Under the pieces are notes generated by a model. The model saw only the letters and a list, made by a program, of their open reading frames with translations, made no database searches and had not been told where the DNA came from. From positions 842 through 64,841 of the forward strand of contig CAZBBB010000007.1 of the NCBI GenBank assembly GCA_964490005.1: a stretch of 64,000 nt of DNA, written 5' to 3'. The stretch is from an uncultured Phycisphaerales bacterium. Lineage in GTDB: Bacteria; Planctomycetota; B15-G4. How positions within the stretch are numbered: position 1 is the stretch's first letter; the number at the start of each line of letters is the position of its first letter. Of the stretch, positions 1 through 8,078 are shown piece by piece. Both the position numbers and the translations under genes were made by a program.

Positions 1-2
1 TC

Positions 3-374
3 GAGGAGCGCCTCGAGCTCGAGGCGCGGACGCGCGCCCGGCGCGTCGAGGCCGAGGACCTGCTGCGCCTCGCCAAGGAGCGCTTCGCGGCGGCGCAGCG
101 CCAGCAGGCCGAGCTGGCCGAGAAGATCGTCCGCGAGCGCGACGAGGCCCAGGCGAAGGTGAAGGCGGCCGGCGACGCGATGGCGGCGGCGATGGCGCTG
201 CAGCGGCAGAGCTCGGACCGTTCGGTCGACGAGCGGCGCAAGGCGCAGGCCGAGTTCGACGAGGCCGCGCGCGCCCTCGAGCAGGCCGAACTCAAGTCGC
301 GCGAGATCTTCGAGGGCATCCGCCGGGCGATGCACAGCCAGGCCAAGGACGTCGAGATCCCCGACAGCATGTAG
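3..374 (+). CDS. 3' end of a coiled-coil protein (gene starts upstream of the window)
   Basis: Frame 3 is open from the window edge to TAG at 372-374. The sequence is Glu/Ala/Arg/Gln-rich and heptad-like (EERLELEAR...AELAEKIVRERDEAQAKV...). No family recognised. Confidence 0.45.
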   Translation, partial: EERLELEARTRARRVEAEDLLRLAKERFAAAQRQQAELAEKIVRERDEAQAKVKAAGDAMAAAMALQRQSSDRSVDERRKAQAEFDEAARALEQAELKSREIFEGIRRAMHSQAKDVEIPDSM

Positions 375-453
375 GGGGGCCGCGCGCCCGGCCTTGATCC
401 GCGAGGCCGCGATGGTGGAGACTGCGCCTGCCGCGCCCCGTGCGCGGCGACGT

Positions 454-529
454 GGGCGGATAGCTCAGTTGGTAGAGCACTGCACTGAAAATGCAGGTGT
501 CCCCGGTTCGAATCCGGGTCTGCCCACCA
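454..529 (+). tRNA. tRNA-Phe (anticodon GAA), CCA encoded
   Basis: Hand-folded cloverleaf: acceptor GGGCGGA/TCTGCCC, D arm GCTC-AGTTGGTA-GAGC, anticodon arm CTGCA-CTGAAAA-TGCAG, T arm CCCGG-TTCGAAT-CCGGG, discriminator A plus CCA. Length 76 nt. Confidence 0.95.
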
Positions 530-534
530 TGTCT

Positions 535-569
535 CCGCCCGCCCGCGGCGGCGCTCAGACGGCGGGCGG
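535..569. terminator. GC-rich hairpin between convergent tRNA-Phe and ribF (possible bidirectional terminator)
   Basis: CCGCCCGCC (535-543) pairs with GGCGGGCGG (561-569) around a 17-nt loop. There is no U-tract, and it overlaps the ribF stop codon. Confidence 0.25.
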
Positions 570-1505
570 CAGGCGGCGGGCCACGGCCCGCGCGGCCTGA
601 CAGTCGCGCGCGATCTGGGCGCGCAGCGCGTCGGCGTCCGCGAAGCGTTGCTCGCGCCGCAGCAGCTCGTGCAGGAACACCTCGACCGTCTCGCCGTAGA
701 GCGCGAGGTCCGTGCGGTCGAGCACGTGCACCTCGAACACGGCGTGCGACTCGTCCTGCCGGAAGGTCGGGCGCAGGCCGTAGTTCATCACGGCCGGCAG
801 ATCGCCCTGCGCGCAGCGCGCGGTCACGGCGTACACGCCCAGCGGCGGGAAGGCCTCGCTGTGCACCTCGAGGTTGGCGGTCGGGAACCCGAGGCTCGCG
901 CCGCGGCCGTCGCCGCGCACGACCGTGCCGAGCAGCGAGACCGGGCGGCCCAGCAGCCGCGCCGCGTGGGCCAGGGCGCCCTCCGCGATGGCGCGGCGCA
1001 CCGCCGTGGAGGAGACGACCTCGCCGTTCACCGTGACGCCGCCCACGGCCACGACGCGGAAGCCGTGGCGCCGCCCGGCCGCCGCGAGGAAGGCCGCGTC
1101 GCCGCGGCGCTGCCGGCCCACCGCCGTGTCGTGCCCGATGACCAGCTCGCGCGTCCCGAGGCGCCGGACGAGCAGCTGTTCGACGAAGTCCTCGGGTTCG
1201 GTCGCGGCCAGCGCGTCGGAGAACTCGAGCACGACGACGTCGCCCACGCCGGCGCGCTCGAGCAGCGCGAGGCGGTGCTCGAGCGAGAGGATCTGCCGCG
1301 GGGCCTCGCCGCGCAGCACCGCGCGGGGGTGCACCGAGAAGGTCACGCAGACCGAGGGCAGGCCGTGCTCGAGCGCCGCGCGCAGAAGGCGCTGCAGGAT
1401 CGACGCGTGGCCGAGGTGCACGCCGTCGAACACGCCGATGGTGACGACCGAGGCCGCGTGCAGGACGCCGAGCTGCGCGAGGTCGCCGACGCGGTGCCGG
1501 CGCAC
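555..1505 (-). CDS. ribF: bifunctional riboflavin kinase / FMN adenylyltransferase
   Basis: FAD-synthetase motif VVTIGVFDGVHLGH and a riboflavin-kinase half (GRPVSLLGTVVRGDGRGASLGFPTANL). The track start at 1742 would overlap def by about 235 nt. An in-frame GTG at 1505 lies 2 nt after the def stop and leaves about 20 aa before the motif, so I use it. Confidence 0.9.
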   Translation of the reverse strand: MRRHRVGDLAQLGVLHAASVVTIGVFDGVHLGHASILQRLLRAALEHGLPSVCVTFSVHPRAVLRGEAPRQILSLEHRLALLERAGVGDVVVLEFSDALAATEPEDFVEQLLVRRLGTRELVIGHDTAVGRQRRGDAAFLAAAGRRHGFRVVAVGGVTVNGEVVSSTAVRRAIAEGALAHAARLLGRPVSLLGTVVRGDGRGASLGFPTANLEVHSEAFPPLGVYAVTARCAQGDLPAVMNYGLRPTFRQDESHAVFEVHVLDRTDLALYGETVEVFLHELLRREQRFADADALRAQIARDCQAARAVARRLPPAV

Positions 1506-1507
1506 GC

Positions 1508-2017
1508 TCAGGTCGCGGCCTCGAGCAGTTCCTCGAGCTCGCGCCGCCAGCGGATGCGGTCGACCGGGCTCATCCGGTGCCAGAGCAGCACGCCGTCGAG
1601 GTGGTCCATCTCGTGCTGCAGGATGCGCGCGACGAAGTCGTTGAAGTCGGCTTCGTGGCGAGCGCCCTGCACGTCCTGCCAGGCGAGGCGCAGGCCCGCG
1701 GGCCGCTCGACCTCGACGAAGATGTCGGGGAAGGACAGGCAACCCTCCTCCTTGCGGTCCTTGCCCCAGCGCTTGAGCACGCGCGGGTTGATGACCGTCA
1801 GCGCGGCGCTCTCGTCGGCGCGCTCGCCGGCCGGATTGAGCACCAGCACGCGCGCGCTCCAGCCGACCTGCGGCGCCGCGAGGCCCACGCCGTGCTCCTC
1901 GTACATGATCGTGTACATCTCGGCCACGCGCGCGGCCAGCTCGTCGTCGAAGACCGTGACGGGCGGCGCGACGCGCGTGAGTTCGGGATCGGGGTACAGG
2001 CGCAGGGTGAGTTGCAT
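1508..2017 (-). CDS. def: peptide deformylase
   Basis: The three deformylase motifs GVGLAAPQ, EGCLSFP and HEMDH are present. 169 aa from ATG at 2017. The longer track ORF (to 3739) is an Arg/Ala-rich upstream extension antisense to the TPR gene. Confidence 0.95.
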   Translation of the reverse strand: MQLTLRLYPDPELTRVAPPVTVFDDELAARVAEMYTIMYEEHGVGLAAPQVGWSARVLVLNPAGERADESAALTVINPRVLKRWGKDRKEEGCLSFPDIFVEVERPAGLRLAWQDVQGARHEADFNDFVARILQHEMDHLDGVLLWHRMSPVDRIRWRRELEELLEAAT

Positions 2018-2098
2018 GGCGGGCGCATTATGGCACGGAGGCCGGCGCCTCCGCCCGCGCGCGGCGCGCGCACGCCGCCGTGTGCTAGTTTGCGCGCC

Positions 2099-3436
2099 AT
2101 GGACGTCGACAAGTTCATCGACAAGGCCGAGCAGGCGCTGCGGCGCCGCGCGCCCGACCAGGCCATCGCGCTGTACCGGCAGGTGCTCGTCGCGTCGCCG
2201 GGTCACGCGGCCGCGCGCCAGGGCCTGATGTCGGCCTACCGCAAGCGCGCCGAACTCAAGGGCGGCCCCTCGATGCTCGACCGGGCCGCCGCCAAGTCGC
2301 TGCATGCGGCCGCGCTCGGGCTGCGCGGCGGCAAGAAGTGGGAGGCCGTCGCCAAGAGCTGCGACGCGGCCCTCGAGAAGGCGCCCGCCGACGCGGGGCT
2401 GCTCGCGCTGCTGGCCGAGGCGCTCGAGGCGCTCGACCGCGGGCCCGAGGCCCTGGCGGTCTGGCGCGCGCAGCTCGACGCCGACGAGAACGACCTGACG
2501 GCGCTCAAGGCGGCGGGGCGGCTGCACTACCAGCAGCGCCAGATCGCCGAAGCGATGGAGTGCCTCGAGCGCGCCCACCGGCTCGACGCGCGTGATCCCG
2601 AGATCGAGCGGCTGCGCAAGAACCTGGCCGCCGAGGGCACGCTCGCGGCGACGCGCTACGAGACGGCGACCTCCTCGCGCGACGTCATCAAGGACAAGGA
2701 CGCCGTGCGCCGCGCCGAGCAGGCCGGGCGCGTGCACCGCGACGCCGCGCAACTGGGCGCCGACATCGACGCGCTCCGCGCGCGCTTCGACGGCGAGCCG
2801 GCCTCCGCCGACCTGCGCCGGCGGCTGGTCAAGGCCCTGACGGCCGCGGGCCGGCACGACGAGGTGCTCGCCGTGCTCGACCGGGCGGCCGACGCCCTGC
2901 CCGGCGACGAGGCCCTCGCCGACGAGCGGGGCGATGCCGCGCTGGCCGCCAACGAGGCGGGCCTGCGGGCGGCGCAGGCCGCCGGCGACGCCTCGGCCCT
3001 GGCGCGCCTGAAGGACGAGCGCACCGAACTCGAGATCGCCGAGTACGGCCGTCGGGCGCAGCTGCACCCCGGCGACGCCGGCGTGCGGCTGCGCCTGGGG
3101 CGCGCCTGCTACCGCGCGCAGCGCACCGAGGAGGCGATGGCGGCCTTCCAGGCGGCCATGGCCGACCCGCGCTGCAAGCTCGAGGCGCAGCAGGGGCTGG
3201 GGGCCTGCTTCGTGCGCAAGGGGCTCTTCCCGCTGGCGCAGCGCCAGTTCGAGGCGGCGCTCGAGGCGGCCGGGGGCGTGGGCAGCGAGCGCGGCAAGGA
3301 GATTTGCTACCATCTGGGGCTCGTCGCCGAGCGGATGAACGACCGCCCGGGGGCCCTGTCGCGGTATCTGGCGATCTACGAGGTCGACATCAACTACCGC
3401 GACGTGGCCGGCAAGCTCGACGAGCTGAAGACCTGA
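2099..3436 (+). CDS. tetratricopeptide-repeat (TPR) protein
   Basis: 445 aa from ATG 2099 (MDVDKFIDKAEQALRRRAPDQAIALYRQVL...). Repeated A-x-x-x-Y/L...P...A helical-hairpin pattern throughout. An alternative in-frame ATG at 2030 lies only 13 nt from the def start. Confidence 0.8.
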   Translation: MDVDKFIDKAEQALRRRAPDQAIALYRQVLVASPGHAAARQGLMSAYRKRAELKGGPSMLDRAAAKSLHAAALGLRGGKKWEAVAKSCDAALEKAPADAGLLALLAEALEALDRGPEALAVWRAQLDADENDLTALKAAGRLHYQQRQIAEAMECLERAHRLDARDPEIERLRKNLAAEGTLAATRYETATSSRDVIKDKDAVRRAEQAGRVHRDAAQLGADIDALRARFDGEPASADLRRRLVKALTAAGRHDEVLAVLDRAADALPGDEALADERGDAALAANEAGLRAAQAAGDASALARLKDERTELEIAEYGRRAQLHPGDAGVRLRLGRACYRAQRTEEAMAAFQAAMADPRCKLEAQQGLGACFVRKGLFPLAQRQFEAALEAAGGVGSERGKEICYHLGLVAERMNDRPGALSRYLAIYEVDINYRDVAGKLDELKT

Positions 3437-3493
3437 CCGCCCTTTCCCTCCGCCGCCGGCCCACGGCGGCCCCCAGAGACCGGACGACCTGAC

Positions 3494-3772
3494 ATGACGA
3501 GCAGCCTCCAAGCCGCCAAGCGCGTTCGCCAGAACGAGAAGCGTCGCCTGCGCAACCGCGCCAAGTCCTCCGCGATGAAGAGCTCGATGAAGCGCGTCGA
3601 GGGCGCCATCGCGGCCGGCGATGCGGCGGCCGTCAAGCTGGCCCTCGACGAGGCCTACAGCCGCATCGACAAGGCCGCGCGCAACAAGGTCATCCACCCG
3701 AACACGGCCGCCCGGCGCAAGGCGCTCATCGCGCGGCACGCCGCCGCCGCGGGCAGGACCGCCAAGGCCTGA
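3494..3772 (+). CDS. rpsT: 30S ribosomal protein S20
   Basis: 92 aa, basic, with a typical S20 N-terminus (SLQAAKRVRQNEKRRLRNRAKSSAMKS...IHPNTAARRKA). Confidence 0.95.
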   Translation: MTSSLQAAKRVRQNEKRRLRNRAKSSAMKSSMKRVEGAIAAGDAAAVKLALDEAYSRIDKAARNKVIHPNTAARRKALIARHAAAAGRTAKA

Positions 3773-3791
3773 GCGGCCCGCTCGCCGCCGC

Positions 3792-5312
3792 TCAGCGCGC
3801 GTAGCGCAGCGGCAACTCCATCGTGAGCGCGAGCAGCGCCGTGGCGTAGACGCGCCCGCCCTGCGAGCCCCAGGGGTCGAGTTGCGGGTCCCAGCTCCCG
3901 CGCAGCTCGCCCTGCGCGTGCTGTCCGGTCGTGACCGCGGCGATCAGCGACTTCTCCCAGGCGGGCCAGGCGCGGCCGCCCCGCTCGTGCAGCGCGTAGG
4001 CGCCGTAGTACCAGTAGTAGTAGTCGCGCCGGCCGGGCAGGGCCTCGTCCCAGGCGGGGGGCAGCGCCGCGAGGCGCGCCGCGCCGCGCTCGAGGCGTTC
4101 GGCCGCGGCCGGCTCGGTGACGCGCGCGCCGCCGAACAGCCGGCTCAGGACCGCGACGGCGGTCATCGACTCCGAGTCATCCGCGGGCCAGTGCCCGGCC
4201 GTCCCCGGCAGGCGCGCGGGACCCGCGCCGCGCTCGACGTAGCCGGCGCGGCCGGTGTCCGGGTCGGTGAGTTCCTCCACGAGGAGCAGGCCGTCGGCCC
4301 AGGCCCGCTCGTCGACCGGCAGGCCCGCCGTCTCGGCGGCCGCGAGCGCGAGCAGCGCCCACCCGGTCACGGAGAGGTCCTGCGCGTGCGCGGCCTGCTC
4401 GGGGTGCCCGGCGCGATAGCGCCAGCCGCCGCCCGGGGCGCGCAGCGCCGAGAGCCGGGCCAGCGCGCGCGTGGCCGGCTCGCGCAGCAGGCTGTCGCGC
4501 GACATCGCGTAGGCCTCGACGATCGCCAGCGTGGCGATGGCGTGATCGTAGGTCGACTGCAGCAGGCGCTCGTCGCCGAAGTCGCCGTCGGGCGCCTGCT
4601 GGTCGACCAGCCAGCGCAGCGCCTGGCGCACCTGCCCGGCCCAGGCGCCCGGCTGGCGATGATGGTGGCCGGCGCCGAGGAAGGCCAGCACCGCCAGCGA
4701 CGTGACGCCGACGTCGTGCTGCGGGTTGCCCAGGCCGTCGCAGACCGCGTCGTCGCCGAGCTTGCCGCACTCGACGTCGAAGGCCGCCGCCGACCAGTGG
4801 CCCGCCTCGCTCTGGTGCGCCGAGAGCCAGGTGAGCGCGGCCGTGACGACGGCCGAGTAGGCCGGGGGCAGCTCGCCGCCGCGACCGGGGTAGCCGCCGG
4901 GAGGGCCGCCCGCGCCCTCGGTTCCGCCGCCGAGGCCCAGCGGCGAGAACACGCTCGACGCGGCATCGGACGGTGTCGGACTCGCATCGACCAAGCTCGG
5001 CACGTCGGCGGGCGTCGGATCGGGCACGTCGACCAGGCTCGGCTCGAGTCGCGTCTCGGTCGGCGGAGGCTCGAGGGCCGTCTCGGGCGGCGGCACGATC
5101 GGCGGCGGCGGCTCGAGCAGCGCCTCGGGGCGCGCGGTCAGCACGCGCGCGGGGTCGGCGGGCGGCGGCGGGGCGGCCGTCGCGAGCAGCACGATCAGCA
5201 CCGCGTGCAGCGCGACCGAGATCGCGAGGTAGGGCGATTCGCGCAGCGCGTCGCGCAGCTGCTCGGCGAAGCCCGGTGCGTGGGCCAGAGTCGGGGATCC
5301 GGTGCTCGACAT
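3792..5312 (-). CDS. membrane-anchored prenyltransferase / terpene-cyclase-like (alpha/alpha toroid repeat) protein, copy 1
   Basis: ATG start. TM helix (SPYLAISVALHAVLIVLLA), a Pro-rich spacer, then repeated QxxxGxW/F-type motifs (HQSEAGHWS, DQQAPDGDFG, APGGGWRY). Paralogous to 5400-7010. Confidence 0.85.
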   Translation of the reverse strand: MSSTGSPTLAHAPGFAEQLRDALRESPYLAISVALHAVLIVLLATAAPPPPADPARVLTARPEALLEPPPPIVPPPETALEPPPTETRLEPSLVDVPDPTPADVPSLVDASPTPSDAASSVFSPLGLGGGTEGAGGPPGGYPGRGGELPPAYSAVVTAALTWLSAHQSEAGHWSAAAFDVECGKLGDDAVCDGLGNPQHDVGVTSLAVLAFLGAGHHHRQPGAWAGQVRQALRWLVDQQAPDGDFGDERLLQSTYDHAIATLAIVEAYAMSRDSLLREPATRALARLSALRAPGGGWRYRAGHPEQAAHAQDLSVTGWALLALAAAETAGLPVDERAWADGLLLVEELTDPDTGRAGYVERGAGPARLPGTAGHWPADDSESMTAVAVLSRLFGGARVTEPAAAERLERGAARLAALPPAWDEALPGRRDYYYWYYGAYALHERGGRAWPAWEKSLIAAVTTGQHAQGELRGSWDPQLDPWGSQGGRVYATALLALTMELPLRYAR

Positions 5313-5399
5313 GCTTCGGGCCTCCGTCGGGGGAACGACGGGGCCCGCTAGGCGGGGCCGCTCAGGCGGGCAACGGAACGCCGGGCCGCCGAGCGCGGC

Positions 5400-7010
5400 T
5401 CAGTGCGCGCCCATGACGGTGTCGTAGCGGTAGAAGACCTCGAGCGTCAGCGCCAGGATCGACGTGCTGTACACGCGGCCGCCGATGCTGCCCCACGGGT
5501 CTTCCTGCGGGTCCCAACTGCCCTTGCGCTCGCCCTCGCGGAACTGATGGTCGGCGATCGCGGGCACGATGGTCTTCTCCCACTCCTTCCACTCCTTGCC
5601 GCCCCACTGGTAGAGCGCGTAGCTGCCGTAATACCAGTAGTAGAAGTCGCGGCGCCCGGGCTTGGCGTCGTCCCAGACGGGGGGCAGCGCGCTGATGATC
5701 TTGACGCCCTTCTCGACCATCTCCTTGTTGTTGGGGCGCTCGAGCTTGGAGTCGGCGAAGATGCGGCACAGCACGCCGACCGCCGTCATCGACTCGGTCT
5801 GGTCCTCGGGCCAGTTGGTGCGCATCACGCCCTCTTCGCGCGCCGGCGAGCCGCCGCGGTCGTAGTAGCCCGTGACCCCGTCGAGCGGATTGGTCATCTC
5901 CTCCAGGAACAGCATGCTGTCCTCGAGCGCCGTCTCGTCGAAGGGCATGCCGTACTCGCGCGCGAGCGTCATCGCCATGATCGCCCAGCCCGTGACCGAC
6001 ATGTCGTTCATCTTGCCGGGGACCATCTCGGGGCTCGACGCGGCGTAGCGCCAGGCCGCCCCGGGATTGCGGATCGAGTACATGTACTTGAGCGCCTTCT
6101 CGGCCGGCGCCTTGAACATGTACTGCTTGGTGAGCGCGTAGGCCTCGACCACCGCCAGCGTGGCGATGAAGTGGTCGTAGGTGTAGTTCGCGACGAGCTC
6201 GTTGCCGAAGTTGCCGTCGCGCTGCTGGTTCTCGATCAGGTAGCGCAGGCCCGACTTGACCGTCTTGGCGTACTTGCCCTCCGTGTGGGTGTTGCCCGCA
6301 CCCAGGAAGGCGAGCAGCGCGAGGCCCGAGACGCCCACGTCGTACTGCGGCCGGCCCAGGCCGTCGCAGATGACGTCGTCGCCCTGCTTGCCGCACTCGG
6401 TGTCGAAGGCCGAGCAGCTCCAGTGGCCGCTCTCGATGCTCTGGTGGTTCATCAGCCACTTGAGCGCGTCGTCGACCGAGCGCTGGATGGCGTCGCCGGC
6501 GCGCCCGCCGCCCTTGCCGCGACCGCCGAGCTTGCCGAAGCCCGAGCCGCCGCCGCCGCCCACGCCGATGACGTCGTTGAGGCCCGTGCTGTCGAACTCG
6601 CCGCGGCTGTCGGAGATCGTCTCGACCTGGTCGACGACCTCCTCGGTGGTCTCGACCTCGGAGATCGTGGGGTCTTCGACGACCTCGACGACCTCTTCGA
6701 TCTTGGGTTCGGGCGGGGGAGGCGGCGGAGGAATGGGCTCCTCGAGCTCCTGGTTGCTGGCCTTGATCGTCTGCTCCTTGGGGGCGAGCGTCGGCGGCGA
6801 GGCCGTGGCGAAGATCAGCAGCAGGACGAAGTGCAGCGCGGCCGACGCGACGAGGTACGGAGAGCTGCGCAACAGCTCACGCAGCGTGTCCTCGAAGGTC
6901 TGCGCCTCCGAGCCATGGCCGGGTCGGTGATCGGCCTGCGTCACCAGCTCGGGAATGCCCTTGTCGGCCACGATGTCAGCTCCGGGGGACGATCGATTGC
7001 GCGCGCGCAC
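5400..7010 (-). CDS. membrane-anchored prenyltransferase / terpene-cyclase-like protein, copy 2
   Basis: Same architecture as copy 1 (SPYLVASAALHFVLLLIFA; NHQSIESGHWS, ENQQRDGNFG, NPGAAWRY; GRRDFYYWYYGSYAL). The longest ORF starts at GTG 7010. An in-frame GTG at 6971 has GGAG 8 nt upstream and may be the true start. Confidence 0.85.
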   Translation of the reverse strand: MRARNRSSPGADIVADKGIPELVTQADHRPGHGSEAQTFEDTLRELLRSSPYLVASAALHFVLLLIFATASPPTLAPKEQTIKASNQELEEPIPPPPPPPEPKIEEVVEVVEDPTISEVETTEEVVDQVETISDSRGEFDSTGLNDVIGVGGGGGSGFGKLGGRGKGGGRAGDAIQRSVDDALKWLMNHQSIESGHWSCSAFDTECGKQGDDVICDGLGRPQYDVGVSGLALLAFLGAGNTHTEGKYAKTVKSGLRYLIENQQRDGNFGNELVANYTYDHFIATLAVVEAYALTKQYMFKAPAEKALKYMYSIRNPGAAWRYAASSPEMVPGKMNDMSVTGWAIMAMTLAREYGMPFDETALEDSMLFLEEMTNPLDGVTGYYDRGGSPAREEGVMRTNWPEDQTESMTAVGVLCRIFADSKLERPNNKEMVEKGVKIISALPPVWDDAKPGRRDFYYWYYGSYALYQWGGKEWKEWEKTIVPAIADHQFREGERKGSWDPQEDPWGSIGGRVYSTSILALTLEVFYRYDTVMGAH

Positions 7011-7046
7011 CTCGCTCGCCGGAGCGGGCGGCCGAACGGCGCGATT

Positions 7047-8078
7047 CTAGGGGCGCGACGGAGGGTTGGCAACCGCGGCCGGCGCGTCGTGAAACAGCTC
7101 GCGCGGCCACACGAGGGCCTTCTGCGAGAGGGTCACGACGAGGTGCCGGCGGGCCTCGGCCAGCAGATCGTCGAGCAGCAGCGTGCGCAGTCGCTGCTGC
7201 GAGGACGCGTAGTCGGCCTCCCGGGCCGGGAGGCGCTCGGCCACGACGAGCACGAAGGGGCCCTCGCCGGTGCTGAAGGCCTGCCCCGCGCCGGGCGCGG
7301 CCTCGCGCGCGAACTCGGCCAGCGCGGCCGGGAAGACGCGCGGCAAATCGACGAGCGCCAGCGTGCGCCTTGCGGGCGGCGGGCCGGGCGGCCGCTCGCC
7401 GCGCGCCAGCGCCTGCTCGTGGCCGAGCGCCGCGGCCGGGTCGTCGAAGCGCAGCAGGTCGCAGACGACGCGCTCGGGCGTGCCCAAAGAGTCGCGGTTG
7501 GCCTCGAAGGCCGCGCGCAGCTGGCTCGGCGTCACGCTCACGAGCCGCACCAGCAGCGGATCGGGCGTGAGCAGGTTGCCGTGCTCGTTGCGCAGTCCCA
7601 CGCGGTGCAACAGGTACAGCTCGGCGAGCGCCGCGCGGTGGGCCAGGTCCTTCTGGCGCGCGACGCTCGTGCCCGTCAGCGCGGCGATCGCCTGGTAGTC
7701 GGGCGCCGAGCCGCGGCGGCGCTCCCAGTACTCGCTCACGTCGCGCTCGGTGAGGTGCACGCCGAGCCGGCTGGCCTCGCCGGCGAGCAGGATCTCCTCG
7801 CCGATCGAGCGGCGCGCCGCGTGGTTCAGGCTGGCGAGCGGCACGTCGGGGTAGTCCTCGGCCAGCAGGCGCACGTGGACGGCGATGTCCTCGGGCGTGA
7901 TGGCCTCGCCGTTGACGGTCGCGGGGCGCTCCCAGCGGGCGCTCGGCGGGGCGGACGCGGGTGTCGACGCGCTGCCGGGCGCCGCGCCCTGCGCCGCGAG
8001 GCTGCCGGCGCAGACCAGCGACGCGCCGAGCGCGGCGAGCAGGCGGCAGGCGGGCGCGGGCGGCATGCGCGCCATCAT
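7047..8078 (-). CDS. SurA/PpiD-like periplasmic chaperone (signal peptide)
   Basis: Signal peptide MMARMPPAPACRLLAALGASLVCAGSLAAQG followed by a SurA-N-like segment (TVNGEAITPEDI...). The ATG at 8078 overlaps the mfd stop (ATGA). The rest of the 1102-aa track ORF is out of frame over mfd. Confidence 0.75.
   Translation of the reverse strand: MMARMPPAPACRLLAALGASLVCAGSLAAQGAAPGSASTPASAPPSARWERPATVNGEAITPEDIAVHVRLLAEDYPDVPLASLNHAARRSIGEEILLAGEASRLGVHLTERDVSEYWERRRGSAPDYQAIAALTGTSVARQKDLAHRAALAELYLLHRVGLRNEHGNLLTPDPLLVRLVSVTPSQLRAAFEANRDSLGTPERVVCDLLRFDDPAAALGHEQALARGERPPGPPPARRTLALVDLPRVFPAALAEFAREAAPGAGQAFSTGEGPFVLVVAERLPAREADYASSQQRLRTLLLDDLLAEARRHLVVTLSQKALVWPRELFHDAPAAVANPPSRP

Noticed and set aside
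2030-2098. An alternative upstream ATG (2030) for the TPR protein.
   Set aside because: It would add a Pro/Arg-rich 23-aa extension and place the start 13 nt from the divergent def start codon. ATG 2099 gives a natural MDVDKF... N-terminus. This is not excluded, only less likely.
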